From contig OZ244587.1 of NCBI GenBank assembly GCA_965218095.1, positions 2,112,001 through 2,176,000 on the forward strand: 64,000 nucleotides of DNA. The letters are read 5' to 3'. The stretch comes from Candidatus Poribacteria bacterium. GTDB taxonomy: Bacteria > Poribacteria > WGA-4E > PCPOR2b. A program made the position numbers and the translations under genes. The notes beneath the pieces are model-generated. The model did not search any database. It worked only from the letters and a program-made list of their open reading frames with translations, and was not told the origin of the DNA. Position 1 is the stretch's first letter. Each line of letters starts with the position of its first letter. Shown here in pieces: positions 31,215 to 40,396 of this stretch.

Positions 31215-31469
31215 TCACACTCCTTTCACATTTGAAGATGGTTTATGATTATCGCCCCGATTTGTGCGATTGCATATGTAGAATACGCCACCGCCAATCA
31301 GACCGGAAACAAGATAGGGCATCGCCATAAGAAATAGAATGCTCCACTTGAAACCTTGGGCAATTGGGTCATCAACCAGTTTGCATGAGGGACAGGCTTC
31401 CACAACTGTTGGCATTAGCAGTGCAAAGACCAGAATCCCTATTATTAGTGGAAAGTATTGACGAATCAT
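31215..31469 (-). CDS. Small membrane protein with ACPSC motif
   Basis: Signal-like N-terminus, CxxC, one TM helix; SD AAGGAG; lies between the two subunit III genes. Confidence 0.65.
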   Translation of the reverse strand: MIRQYFPLIIGILVFALLMPTVVEACPSCKLVDDPIAQGFKWSILFLMAMPYLVSGLIGGGVFYICNRTNRGDNHKPSSNVKGV

Positions 31470-31567
31470 AAGAAATCTCCTTATTCACGAAATGAAGATG
31501 GCAATCTCAGGCTTATAGCCAGGTGAAGACATAAATAAAGGTGCGCCATTGCTCGATTGGGAAATGG

Positions 31568-31730
31568 TCTGAATCGCGGATTGGCACCGATTATTGGATG
31601 TCGCCGATTTTTTATCCGCAGGTTCAATCGGATTCGACGTAAGACCTCAGCGAGTTTGGTCGAGCCGCTCTGCCGAACGGTTCTTAATCCGTGTCTTCCG
31701 CGTCATCGGTTTCATCGGTGATTCAGACAA
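31568..31730. repeat. Intergenic palindromic element with a nested second repeat
   Basis: TCTGAATCGCGGA at the left end and TCGGTGATTCAGA at the right end, with short repeats between. Confidence 0.5.
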
Positions 31731-31780
31731 GCAAGCAGTCCACTCGAGCTCCCTCCCACACAATTATGAACCATCCTGAG

Positions 31781-32386
31781 TTAGATTAAGTACACAAGTA
31801 CATAAAGAATGGGCCACAACACCACAACAAACGCCCAGTAAATTGCGCAGACCTCAACGCCAACATGGTGATTGACCGAAAACCGCCCGGCTATCGCCCT
31901 AGCCAAGACAGCTAACAACCAAAAGACTGCCACCAGGACGTGCAAGGCATGGCAACCGATGAGGACATAGAAGATTGAGCCGTATACCCCCGACGAAAGC
32001 GTAAATCCATGATGCACCAAGCGAATCCATTCAGAACCTTGAACAATGAGGAAAACTATGCCAAGAAGCCCCGTCACGAAAAGCCAGTTTCTGAGCTCTT
32101 TCTGACGGTCTTGCCGAATGGCTCGCAGTGCCTGAAACATCGTATAGCCGCTTAAGAGCAGGATGATTGTATTCAGTCCGGTCACACCGATGGGCAAGCG
32201 AACGTCGATCTGCGAAGGCGGGGGCCAGGTCACACTCCCCAAACGAAACACAAGGAACGTCCCAATCAGCCCCGCGAAAAACATGATTTCGGCACCCAAG
32301 AGTATCAGCATCGCTAACCGGGCATTACTTATCGGTCGGGTTTCCCCTTCGGCGTATGGGTGTGATGGATGTTCTGAGTTATTCAT
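31781..32386 (-). CDS. Cytochrome c oxidase subunit III paralog
   Basis: LGAEIMFFAGL, FYVLIGCHALHV and YWAFVVVLW. Confidence 0.85.
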   Translation of the reverse strand: MNNSEHPSHPYAEGETRPISNARLAMLILLGAEIMFFAGLIGTFLVFRLGSVTWPPPSQIDVRLPIGVTGLNTIILLLSGYTMFQALRAIRQDRQKELRNWLFVTGLLGIVFLIVQGSEWIRLVHHGFTLSSGVYGSIFYVLIGCHALHVLVAVFWLLAVLARAIAGRFSVNHHVGVEVCAIYWAFVVVLWPILYVLVYLI

Positions 32387-32413
32387 TTGGAAGTATATTG
32401 ATATTGCAGGTCT

Positions 32414-32524
32414 TCAGTTTTTTACCAGCGCAAGAATGGTTGCAAGAATAAATAGAACAACGAATATTGCGAATAAGAAGAGCCCAAGACGTCGGTTTCG
32501 ACTGCGCTTTTCGTGGTCATTCAT
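32414..32524 (-). CDS. 36-aa single-TM small protein (CoxF-like), absent from the ORF track
   Basis: ATG 32524 to TGA 32414 reads MNDHEKRSRNRRLGLFLFAIFVVLFILATILALVKN; GGGGG upstream; fills the gap between ctaB and subunit III. Confidence 0.65.
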   Translation of the reverse strand: MNDHEKRSRNRRLGLFLFAIFVVLFILATILALVKN

Positions 32525-32547
32525 CTGAATTTTATACCCCCATTCTA

Positions 32548-33450
32548 TTACGCCAACTTGTCAAGTGCCATCACCAGAAACACGAGCGGTAAGTATATCA
32601 ATGAGGCGTACAGCAACCGTTTTGCTGCTATGGTCGATCGGGAAATTGATAGGCTGATGCCAAACGCAAGAAAGCCGATGCTCAACGTAAGAGCGGCGAA
32701 AAAATAAACGATACCAGCGATGCCGATTAACGTGGGCAGTAGTGCTACAACGAGAAGCCCAAGACAGTTGCTGACAATCTGTCTTCTCGTGCTCTTGCCA
32801 TCAGGATGAATGACCGGCAGCAAGCGGAATCCCGCCTGTGCATATTCATCGCGGTAGATGCAGGCAATTGACAGTGAGTGGGGAAGTTGCCAGAGAAACA
32901 GAATTGCGAAAAGCACCCACGCTTCAATATTGAGTGTTCCTCGCGCTGCAACCCAACCGATAACCGGTGGTAATCCGCCTGGAACCGCACCCGCGACAGT
33001 ACAGAGTGATGTCTTCTGCTTCAATGGTGTATAGACGAACAGATAGGTCACGACGATGGCTGAGATGACCAATGCGCTTAAGGTGTTCACGCAAAATGCC
33101 ATATAGAGCAAACCGCCAACGGTCAGTAAAACGCCAAAAAACAGGGCTGTCGTCGGTTGAAGCCGCCGATCTGGCAACGGGCGGTGACACGTCCGCACCA
33201 TCTGGGCATCCAGATCGCGTTCAAGGTACTGATTCAGGGCTAATACCCCCGCCGCTGATAGCCCCGTACCGATAATGGTGTGAATGAGTTGAAGCCAGTT
33301 GAGCGGCTGTGGGGAGGCGAGATAAAAGCCGACTGAGGTTGTAATCAGTATCATCGAAACGAGCCGCGGCTTTGTCAGTTCAACAAAAGCCTGCACTCGG
33401 CGGCGCATTTGGGATAGGTCATTGCTTAGCGTCTCTGTCGTTGACATCAT
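32548..33450 (-). CDS. ctaB: Protoheme IX farnesyltransferase (heme O synthase)
   Basis: ELTKPR, NQYLERDLDAQMVRT.HRPLP, YTPLK and FLWQLPH. Confidence 0.95.
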   Translation of the reverse strand: MMSTTETLSNDLSQMRRRVQAFVELTKPRLVSMILITTSVGFYLASPQPLNWLQLIHTIIGTGLSAAGVLALNQYLERDLDAQMVRTCHRPLPDRRLQPTTALFFGVLLTVGGLLYMAFCVNTLSALVISAIVVTYLFVYTPLKQKTSLCTVAGAVPGGLPPVIGWVAARGTLNIEAWVLFAILFLWQLPHSLSIACIYRDEYAQAGFRLLPVIHPDGKSTRRQIVSNCLGLLVVALLPTLIGIAGIVYFFAALTLSIGFLAFGISLSISRSTIAAKRLLYASLIYLPLVFLVMALDKLA

Positions 33451-34589
33451 ACGGATACCTCATCGGAAACGAGCTCTCGGCTCGCAACAGGTTCTGATCT
33501 ACTTGTGAAGCGAAAAACGTTCAAAGTCAGTACAACGGAAACGACCAGCATTAACGCACCGATCGCAACATGGGCAGTTGTGATTGTTACACCGGCGACG
33601 GGGGACACGACTTCACCAAAAGCGGTGAACTCGGCGAGGTATGCACCGACGCCCATAATCAACTGCAAGGCGAGCAGACCACCCAATAGCAAAGTAAGAC
33701 GAACAAGGGATGAATTTTCCAGATAATTCTTCAAGATCCGCCTCAAGAGCAAAAATATGTGAATTGTTACTAGACCCGCGAAAAGCAGATGGGCATCCAG
33801 CCGATTTCCTGTATGCCTCAACACTGCACCGAAGATGAATTGGATGTAGATAAGGACTAACGTTATGAGACTCAAGCGTCTCAGACGCGAGGCATCTGTG
33901 GCTTCAATTTTCGCCCATGTTTCCAACCAACTGCGCGAAGTAAACAACACAAGACTCGTGGTCAGCGCAAAAAACGCCTGGGCAAAACAGGCGTGTATGA
34001 TGGCGAGAACTCTGCTGAGGTTCGTAACACGGAGACCGCCCATCACCCCTTGAGCGATGACTGCGACAAGGGCAACAACGCCAAGCCATTTCATCCATTT
34101 CCGAGCATCCTTCACCCAGATTGATACCATCAACGCAATCGTCAGAAAGCCAACGGCAGCCCCAATCAGCCGATGGCTATGTTCGTACAGCACGCCATGC
34201 ACGTAAACATCGAGCCGCTCGCCCGATTTAATTAGCGTATAGATGCGTTCATTCTCTCCATCCGTGAGTTTCCATCTGCTGCCTCGTTCTTCGGCAGAAA
34301 TTATAACATTTTCTGACACCGAAATCTCGTTTTTTTCAAGCGCCTTCCGTAGACTCACGGAAAGGTTACTGTTATCCAGATCGGCTTGGAGATTTGGGTT
34401 GATACTGAACAGGAAGCCGCTGACCGTTTTCGACAACGGATAGAGAAACATGTTGTATCCGAAGGTTGTGGGCCAATCGGGGACAGCGAGGCCCGAATCC
34501 GTGCTGGTCACAAGCCCGCCCATACAGATCAGGATGAAAGTCGTCACAGCGGTGAGTACAGCAAGTCGATGAAGCCATGGACGATACAT
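33447..34589 (-). CDS. ctaA: Heme A synthase (COX15/CtaA) with an inserted soluble domain
   Basis: GGLVTSTDSGLAVPDWP, YEHSHR, QGVMGGLRV, IHACFAQ, GAVLRH and TAHV. Confidence 0.88.
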   Translation of the reverse strand: MYRPWLHRLAVLTAVTTFILICMGGLVTSTDSGLAVPDWPTTFGYNMFLYPLSKTVSGFLFSINPNLQADLDNSNLSVSLRKALEKNEISVSENVIISAEERGSRWKLTDGENERIYTLIKSGERLDVYVHGVLYEHSHRLIGAAVGFLTIALMVSIWVKDARKWMKWLGVVALVAVIAQGVMGGLRVTNLSRVLAIIHACFAQAFFALTTSLVLFTSRSWLETWAKIEATDASRLRRLSLITLVLIYIQFIFGAVLRHTGNRLDAHLLFAGLVTIHIFLLLRRILKNYLENSSLVRLTLLLGGLLALQLIMGVGAYLAEFTAFGEVVSPVAGVTITTAHVAIGALMLVVSVVLTLNVFRFTSRSEPVASRELVSDEVSV

Positions 34590-34615
34590 TGAGTCAGTCT
34601 TACCTTTCTCACGGT

Positions 34616-34790
34616 TTAATGGTTCATTAAAAGATTCAGTGTTTCCTGTGCCTTTGGAGACAGTTCTCCCTCCGCCATTTCGCTCGTCTCTTGAATCACG
34701 ATGACCGCATCAATCGCAATTAGAGCTTCGTCCGGAAAAGGCCACGGTCAGTAGAAATGCAACAGTGACGATTGGAGCGTTTCTGCTCAT
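34616..34790 (-). pseudogene. Internally deleted gene remnant (signal peptide joined out of frame to a C-terminal tail)
   Basis: SD GGAGG + MSRNAPIVTVAFLLTVAF; another frame continues PDEALIAIDAVIVIQETSEMAEGELSPKAQETLNLLMNH-stop. Confidence 0.4.
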
Positions 34791-34950
34791 GATAACCTCC
34801 GAGGTTGATTGTGTTTTTGGGATGATTGTTTGCCGCTCAGCGAAAAAGTTCAGTTGCAGCGGAAGTTTGCCGAACCCACTTCTGCATCCCCGTTGCATAG
34901 GCTTAGATAGGACGCAGATAAACGCAGATTCTGATCTATTTTTCTGCGTG

Positions 34951-35340
34951 TCACTTAGTTCCTGTGCCACCAATGACGATAAGGAACGCACTATCTTCGC
35001 TGGCATACACCGCGTGAAGGATGTCAGCCGTGAATGTAACCGCCTCACCTTGTTCCAGCGTGATTTTCTCAGCGCTTGTTGTAAATATGATGCTCCCGCT
35101 AAGCGTAATGACAGTGGCGGCGGCAGGTGCCGGATGCTCCTCAAGCGCAGTTCCCGCTTTGAGGACGGTCAGTACGACGGTCAGTTCATCCCCGCGAGCC
35201 AGTGTCAGCGAGGCTCGACCTGACGTGGCGAATGTCGCTTCTCTCATGAGTTTTTCAGCCATTGACGTAAGTGGAAACGGCTTAGTCAGTGATGTGTTCA
35301 GATCTACAGGTCTGTAGGGTCGTTCAAATGATGTGTTCAT
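34951..35340 (-). CDS. Cupin domain protein
   Basis: LKAGTALEEHPAP...LSGSI...LEQGE...ILHAVYA; SD GGAG before MNTSFER. Confidence 0.8.
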   Translation of the reverse strand: MNTSFERPYRPVDLNTSLTKPFPLTSMAEKLMREATFATSGRASLTLARGDELTVVLTVLKAGTALEEHPAPAAATVITLSGSIIFTTSAEKITLEQGEAVTFTADILHAVYASEDSAFLIVIGGTGTK

Positions 35341-35396
35341 TGTGAAATCTCCGTTGACTGAATACTGAACTTTTCGATTGCTCCTAACAGTATACC

Positions 35397-35451
35397 AGAA
35401 ATCGTGCAAAGCCACCGAACTTTGCCGACAACTCGGTGGCTTTGTACGGTG
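35397..35451. repeat. Palindromic repeat family A, copy 2
   Basis: GTGCAAAGCCACCGA...TCGGTGGCTTTGTAC hairpin directly after the subunit I stop codon. Confidence 0.8.
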
Positions 35452-35464
35452 TTCCATATCGCAT

Positions 35465-37312
35465 CTAATCCGCGCTGGCGCCGGCAGGTATCGGTTCTCC
35501 ATGCACAGGTTCGCCGTTCGGCTGCGTCTGTGGAATCCAGTCTGCTTCAGCACCGGGCACGCTGTATTCATAGGGACCGTGATACACCTGCGGGATCTCC
35601 CCGAAATTGCCGTGCGGCACCGGCGTTGGCGCGTGCCATTCTAAGGTGTTCGCTTGCCACGGATTCCGTTCAGCAACCTTCCCACGGAACATACTCCAGA
35701 ATACGTTGACTAGCAGCAGAATCTGAGTTGCACCCAAAATAAATGCGCAGATCGTAATAAACACATTTATCGGTTGCAGATGTTGTAAGAATTCGTACTG
35801 CATGGGGTTGGTGATGCGTCGCATGTGTCCTGCCACGCCAAGGATGTGCATAGGGAAAAAGACGCCATTAAAGGCGAGGAAGGAGAGCCAGAAGTGGATC
35901 TTGCCAAGTGTCTCGTTCATGTGCCGCCCGAACATCTTAGGGAACCAGTGGAAGATTCCGCCGAAGAGTGCAAACACACTTCCGCCAAAGACAACATAAT
36001 GGATATGCGCCACAATGTAGTATGTATCGTGGATGTGGATGTCTACGGGTGAGTTTGCCATATAGATGCCGCTGAGCCCGCCGATCACGAACATGGAAAC
36101 AAAGGCAAGCGAGTTTAACATCGGCACCGTGAATCGAATTGACGCACGGAACAAGGTGCTGAGCCAGTTGAAGGTTTTAATCGCCGAAGGTACGGCGATT
36201 ACCATCGTTGTGATCATGAAACTCATACCCAATGCCGGGTTCATCCCGCTCTGGAACATGTGGTGTCCCCACACAACCCAACTGAGAAAGGCGATCGAAA
36301 TCATGGCATAAACCATCGACTTATACCCGAAGATGGGCTTTCTGGAAAAGACAGGGAGCATTTCCGACGCCATACCCATGCCCGGCAGAATGAGGATATA
36401 AACCTCCGGATGCCCAAAGAACCAGAAGAGGTGCTGCCAGAGGAGTGGTTCGCCGCCGCCCGCTGGCGAGAAGAATGCGGTGCCTGCCATTCTATCAAAG
36501 AGAAGCAACACAAGCGCAGACGCTACGACTGGAAAGGCAAGTAACAGCAGAATTGCAACGATGAAAAGTGACCAGATAACAAGTGGGAGACGGAAGTAGG
36601 TCATGCCCGGTGCCCGCATGTTGATTATCGTGGTGATGTAGTTAATTGACCCCATCAAGGATGAGATACCCATGACAATGAGGGCAATACACCAGAGGTT
36701 CTGTCCCCAAATCACTCCGGTATAATCTGGAACCGAGGAGAGCGGCGCGTATCCGGTCCAACCCGCGGCGGCGTGCCCACCGGGGACGAAGAACCCGGCC
36801 ATCATGATAATGGCTCCGAGCACACTCGCCCAGAAGGAAAGCATGTTCAAGGTTGGGAACGCCATGTCTCTCGTACCAATCATCAGTGGGATAAGAAAAT
36901 TACCAAACGCACCCACGAGCAACGGCACGACGACGAAGAAAACCATGATAGTGGCGTGCATCGTAAAGAGCGAATTATAAAATGCCGGGTCTATCACGCC
37001 GCTGGGTATGCTCGTCTCCAACCAGCTTTCTTTATCGTCATCGAACCGTTCCTCCCACTTTCGGTCTGCAGCGGTTGCGACTTCGCCGGTCTCCTGATAT
37101 GTTTTGGAAACACCAATAATCGGGAGTGGTTTATCAGGCCATGCAAGTTGCCAACGGAAAAGCAACGCAAGCCCGCCTCCGACCATGAACATAATCAGTC
37201 CATAGACTAGGAATTGTTTGCCAATCATTTTGTGATCTAGCGAGAAGATATACTTACTAACAAAACTCTCTTCATGGTGATGGTCATGAGATTCGTGTGC
37301 GTTATCGTTCAT
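35465..37312 (-). CDS. ctaD: Cytochrome c oxidase subunit I, A1 type
   Basis: DHKMIG, TMHATIM, WFFGHPEVYI, WGHHMF, AVPSAIK, HDTYYIVAHIHY and MRR. Confidence 0.97.
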   Translation of the reverse strand: MNDNAHESHDHHHEESFVSKYIFSLDHKMIGKQFLVYGLIMFMVGGGLALLFRWQLAWPDKPLPIIGVSKTYQETGEVATAADRKWEERFDDDKESWLETSIPSGVIDPAFYNSLFTMHATIMVFFVVVPLLVGAFGNFLIPLMIGTRDMAFPTLNMLSFWASVLGAIIMMAGFFVPGGHAAAGWTGYAPLSSVPDYTGVIWGQNLWCIALIVMGISSLMGSINYITTIINMRAPGMTYFRLPLVIWSLFIVAILLLLAFPVVASALVLLLFDRMAGTAFFSPAGGGEPLLWQHLFWFFGHPEVYILILPGMGMASEMLPVFSRKPIFGYKSMVYAMISIAFLSWVVWGHHMFQSGMNPALGMSFMITTMVIAVPSAIKTFNWLSTLFRASIRFTVPMLNSLAFVSMFVIGGLSGIYMANSPVDIHIHDTYYIVAHIHYVVFGGSVFALFGGIFHWFPKMFGRHMNETLGKIHFWLSFLAFNGVFFPMHILGVAGHMRRITNPMQYEFLQHLQPINVFITICAFILGATQILLLVNVFWSMFRGKVAERNPWQANTLEWHAPTPVPHGNFGEIPQVYHGPYEYSVPGAEADWIPQTQPNGEPVHGEPIPAGASAD

Positions 37313-37346
37313 TCTACACTGACTCCTTTCTTTTCATTTCGGCCGG

Positions 37347-38030
37347 CTATTCTGCCCACTGTTCTCTTATCCACTCTGCATAATCTTCATCAGTATGCAC
37401 CGTAAGGTATCCGAGCATCCCGGAGTGTCCAAACCCACAGAGTTCAGCACAGGGAATTTCGTACGTACCGGGCTTCGTTGCCTCGAACCAGAGGTTGATG
37501 ACCCTGCCGGGGAGGGCATCCTGCTTGAGCCGCATTTGGGGAACGAAAAAACTGTGGATGACGTCTTGAGACGTGAGTTGGACGTGCACGACTTTGTTTA
37601 CCGGTACGTGGAGTTGATTCTCAAGCTCCAGGTCATCGGTAGTCCCCAATTCGCCATCAGTCCCCGGATAAGTTATATCCCAGTTGAACTGTTTGGCACT
37701 CACTTGGACAACAACGTCATCAGGGTTGCTGGGGAACTGGGATGGGAATTTAATTTTGTTCCATTGTGGTAGGCTCAACATCGCGAGCCCAAACACAATG
37801 ACGGTGGTCGCAACGGTCCACGTAATTTCAAGCCTCGTGCTCCCTTCAATGTATTCCGCTTTGCGACCTTCCTTAAAGCGGTACTTGATAATGAAGGTGA
37901 TGAGTGTCGCCATCACGGCGAGAAATACAATCGAGGTAATCCAGTAGATGAGGACAAAGAGGTTATCCACCCCTTCTCCGAAAGTGGATACGTTCTCTGG
38001 AAGCCATTCAGGAAAATTCAGCCATTTCAT
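37347..38030 (-). CDS. ctaC: Cytochrome c oxidase subunit II (CuA, no fused cytochrome c)
   Basis: LEITWT, DVIHSF and CAELCGFGHSGM CuA ligands; no CxxCH. Confidence 0.95.
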   Translation of the reverse strand: MKWLNFPEWLPENVSTFGEGVDNLFVLIYWITSIVFLAVMATLITFIIKYRFKEGRKAEYIEGSTRLEITWTVATTVIVFGLAMLSLPQWNKIKFPSQFPSNPDDVVVQVSAKQFNWDITYPGTDGELGTTDDLELENQLHVPVNKVVHVQLTSQDVIHSFFVPQMRLKQDALPGRVINLWFEATKPGTYEIPCAELCGFGHSGMLGYLTVHTDEDYAEWIREQWAE

Positions 38031-38169
38031 TAAGATCTCCTTTCTGGATCGCTGAATTGATTAAAGTCAGTTTCTATCACGTGATATGAGAGTGGCGCGT
38101 AATTCCATAGGAGAGAAATCCTTTTCCCGACCATCAAGGTAAAGATGCTTCTCCTATAGTGGTAGATAA

Positions 38170-38976
38170 TTATGAGCCCCTCTCCGTTATATTAACACGA
38201 CGATATGCTGTTTGAGTCGCGCCCAAATACATCGCAACACAGAACAGGCTAACAACAAGTAACGATATAGTGAGTTGAGGAATCTCCCCAACGGCTGTGA
38301 GATTGTTGAGATAGAGACATCGGCGCAATGCCGCAACGCCATAGGTTAAGGGATTTACTTTCATGACCCATTCGAGCAACGGTGACACACCAGATACAGG
38401 GAAAAACGCACCGGAGAGCAACCAAATCGGAATGAGGATAAGATTCATAACCGCATGAAAGCCTTGCGTCGAATCCATCCGCCACGCGATCATTAGCCCC
38501 ATGCTCGTCAGTCCAAAACTCAACAGGAACATGACGCCGACTGTTGATAAAACGGAAACGAGGCTGAACGACATGCCAACTATCGGCGACAAAAGCAGAA
38601 AAAGGCTGCCTTGTAAGAGTGCCAATGTTGTTCCGCCACATGCTTGTCCAAGCACGATTCCCCATCTTGAAACCGGGGCAACAAGCACACCTTGGAGAAA
38701 ACCTTCCCGGCGATCTTGTACCACGGCGATGGTCGCAAAAATTGCCGTAAACAACAGCACAAGCGTCAGGATGCCAGGGTAAAAATAGACGATATAGTTT
38801 GTCCCTGTAGGAAGCCCAGATGGACGGAACGATGCGTTTAATCCGCCGCCCAGCAGGAGCCAAAAGACCAGCGGTTGGGCGATCGCGCTGACCAGACGGC
38901 TCCGTTGACGCAGAAATCTGATGATTTCACGCCACCAAATCGTCGCCACAGGGAGTATGATTCTTGCTATTAACAA
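38170..38976 (-). CDS. ABC-2 type transporter permease
   Basis: WREIIRFLRQRSR, DRREGFLQGVLVAP, LSGAFFP and NPLTYGV. The TTG start is uncertain because it lies inside a repeat. Confidence 0.88.
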   Translation of the reverse strand: MLIARIILPVATIWWREIIRFLRQRSRLVSAIAQPLVFWLLLGGGLNASFRPSGLPTGTNYIVYFYPGILTLVLLFTAIFATIAVVQDRREGFLQGVLVAPVSRWGIVLGQACGGTTLALLQGSLFLLLSPIVGMSFSLVSVLSTVGVMFLLSFGLTSMGLMIAWRMDSTQGFHAVMNLILIPIWLLSGAFFPVSGVSPLLEWVMKVNPLTYGVAALRRCLYLNNLTAVGEIPQLTISLLVVSLFCVAMYLGATQTAYRRVNITERGS

Positions 38977-39356
38977 AGTTCAGTTGAGTGCGTTGTAGGT
39001 GTCAAAGATGTAGAATCGAGATGCTATTCAACGTTTTCATAGGAGTTCGGTTGTTGCAATAGCAAACTAGCGCTCTCTCTGAGCATAGTCGTTGCGAACA
39101 GTTGTATTGATGAATGAGTTTAACCCTTGGCCGCTTCTAGCTAATTCCTTCATCTGCTCAATGTTTTGAGAGCCTGCGCTTGCATACGCGTACAGGTAAA
39201 CTGAGCCACTAGAAAACTGGACCCTGATGAAATCTGGGCCGCTTTCATACGCCACAACTCCAGAACCTCCACTAAGATTTTTATAGGCTTCCATACAGCC
39301 CCTCCTATGTAAATATAGTTATATTTTGCAAGCCTAACGAACAAAGTTCAGTTGAG
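38972..39356. repeat. 17-bp direct repeats AACAAAGTTCAGTTGAG flanking a small gene
   Basis: Exact copies at 38972-38988 and 39340-39356; the second is preceded by GCCTAAC (GTTAGGC on the minus strand). Confidence 0.7.
39067..39294 (-). CDS. Small KTSC-like hypothetical protein
   Basis: YKNLSGGSGVVAYE.G.DFIRVQF..G..Y.Y...LARSGQGLNSFIN; SD GGAGG. Confidence 0.7.
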   Translation of the reverse strand: MEAYKNLSGGSGVVAYESGPDFIRVQFSSGSVYLYAYASAGSQNIEQMKELARSGQGLNSFINTTVRNDYAQRER

Positions 39357-39452
39357 GCGGAGGGTTACAAGACAACATCCCGTCTGTTGATTGAGATTAT
39401 AAATAGAACCTGCTCTTGACTCCGATCGGGGAACAAGTTTCGGGGACGGGCC

Positions 39453-40283
39453 TTATGTTGGAAGTTGTGCCCAGGCGGTGACATGCGGCGGCAAGATGAG
39501 CGGGCGTTTCGACGCAACAACTTCCGCCCGAAGTCGCTCGGCAAGCGTTTCCACATCGACCTCTTCAGTAGTCGCAATTCCGTATGCTTCCATGAGCGGG
39601 AGTAGGCTGCGAAAACCGTTCGCTATGAATTGGTAACCCGCCCACGTTTCTGGACCGCCCACCGGTGCCACATACCGTAAAGCGGGCTCAGGCAAGCCGG
39701 CATCAACAAAAGTACCGTACAGGTCAAGACCCATTCCAACATGCGCCCCTGAATGCCGAAACACCTCTACTCCCCAATTGGCTAACTGGTTCATCATGGG
39801 GGTATCCGGACGGGCAATCGACGAGTAGGCCGTGAAATCAACCTCCTGAAAAGCGACGATACCCCCCGGGCGCAGATGCGTTGCGATCTGTTTCAAGGCA
39901 TCTGCGGGGTCAGCCAGATACAGCAAGACCAAGCGTCCGATCAGGGCATCGAAGTCTCTCGCCAGATCCAGAGTTTGGATATCCCCCGCCACGAATTGGA
40001 CGTTTGTCAAGCCCGCTGCCTGCGCCCGCGCTCGGGCAGTTTCGAGAACCTCCGCGTTCATATCCACGCCGACGACTTCCCCCTCACCACCAACCAATTC
40101 GGCGGCAGCGAACGCCACATCTCCGGCGCCGCTACCAATATCCAGAACCTTCATCCTGCTAAAGAGGCCTGCCTCCCTGAGAAAATGCTGCGTTATATCC
40201 TCATACAGCCCTGACTGCTGAATCAACCGCTCTGTCTCCTCCTTGCTGCGTCCCATCGTATATGTTATATCGCTATTGTTCAT
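39453..40283 (-). CDS. Class I SAM-dependent methyltransferase
   Basis: VLDIGSGAGD, VVGVD, FDALIGRLVL and LRPGG. Confidence 0.9.
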   Translation of the reverse strand: MNNSDITYTMGRSKEETERLIQQSGLYEDITQHFLREAGLFSRMKVLDIGSGAGDVAFAAAELVGGEGEVVGVDMNAEVLETARARAQAAGLTNVQFVAGDIQTLDLARDFDALIGRLVLLYLADPADALKQIATHLRPGGIVAFQEVDFTAYSSIARPDTPMMNQLANWGVEVFRHSGAHVGMGLDLYGTFVDAGLPEPALRYVAPVGGPETWAGYQFIANGFRSLLPLMEAYGIATTEEVDVETLAERLRAEVVASKRPLILPPHVTAWAQLPT

Positions 40284-40396
40284 GTCAATTTATCCTCCTT
40301 CTTATAATGAAAACAAACAGGGTTTTTCAGGATTCAGGGATTAGCAGGAAAATCCGATCATCCTCTAAAATCAATCCATTTAATCTTGTTCGTTAA

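Noticed and set aside
38057-38070. FNR-like box upstream of subunit II (TTGATTAAAGTCAG)
   Set aside because: Only one half-site matches TTGAT-N4-ATCAA, which is too weak.
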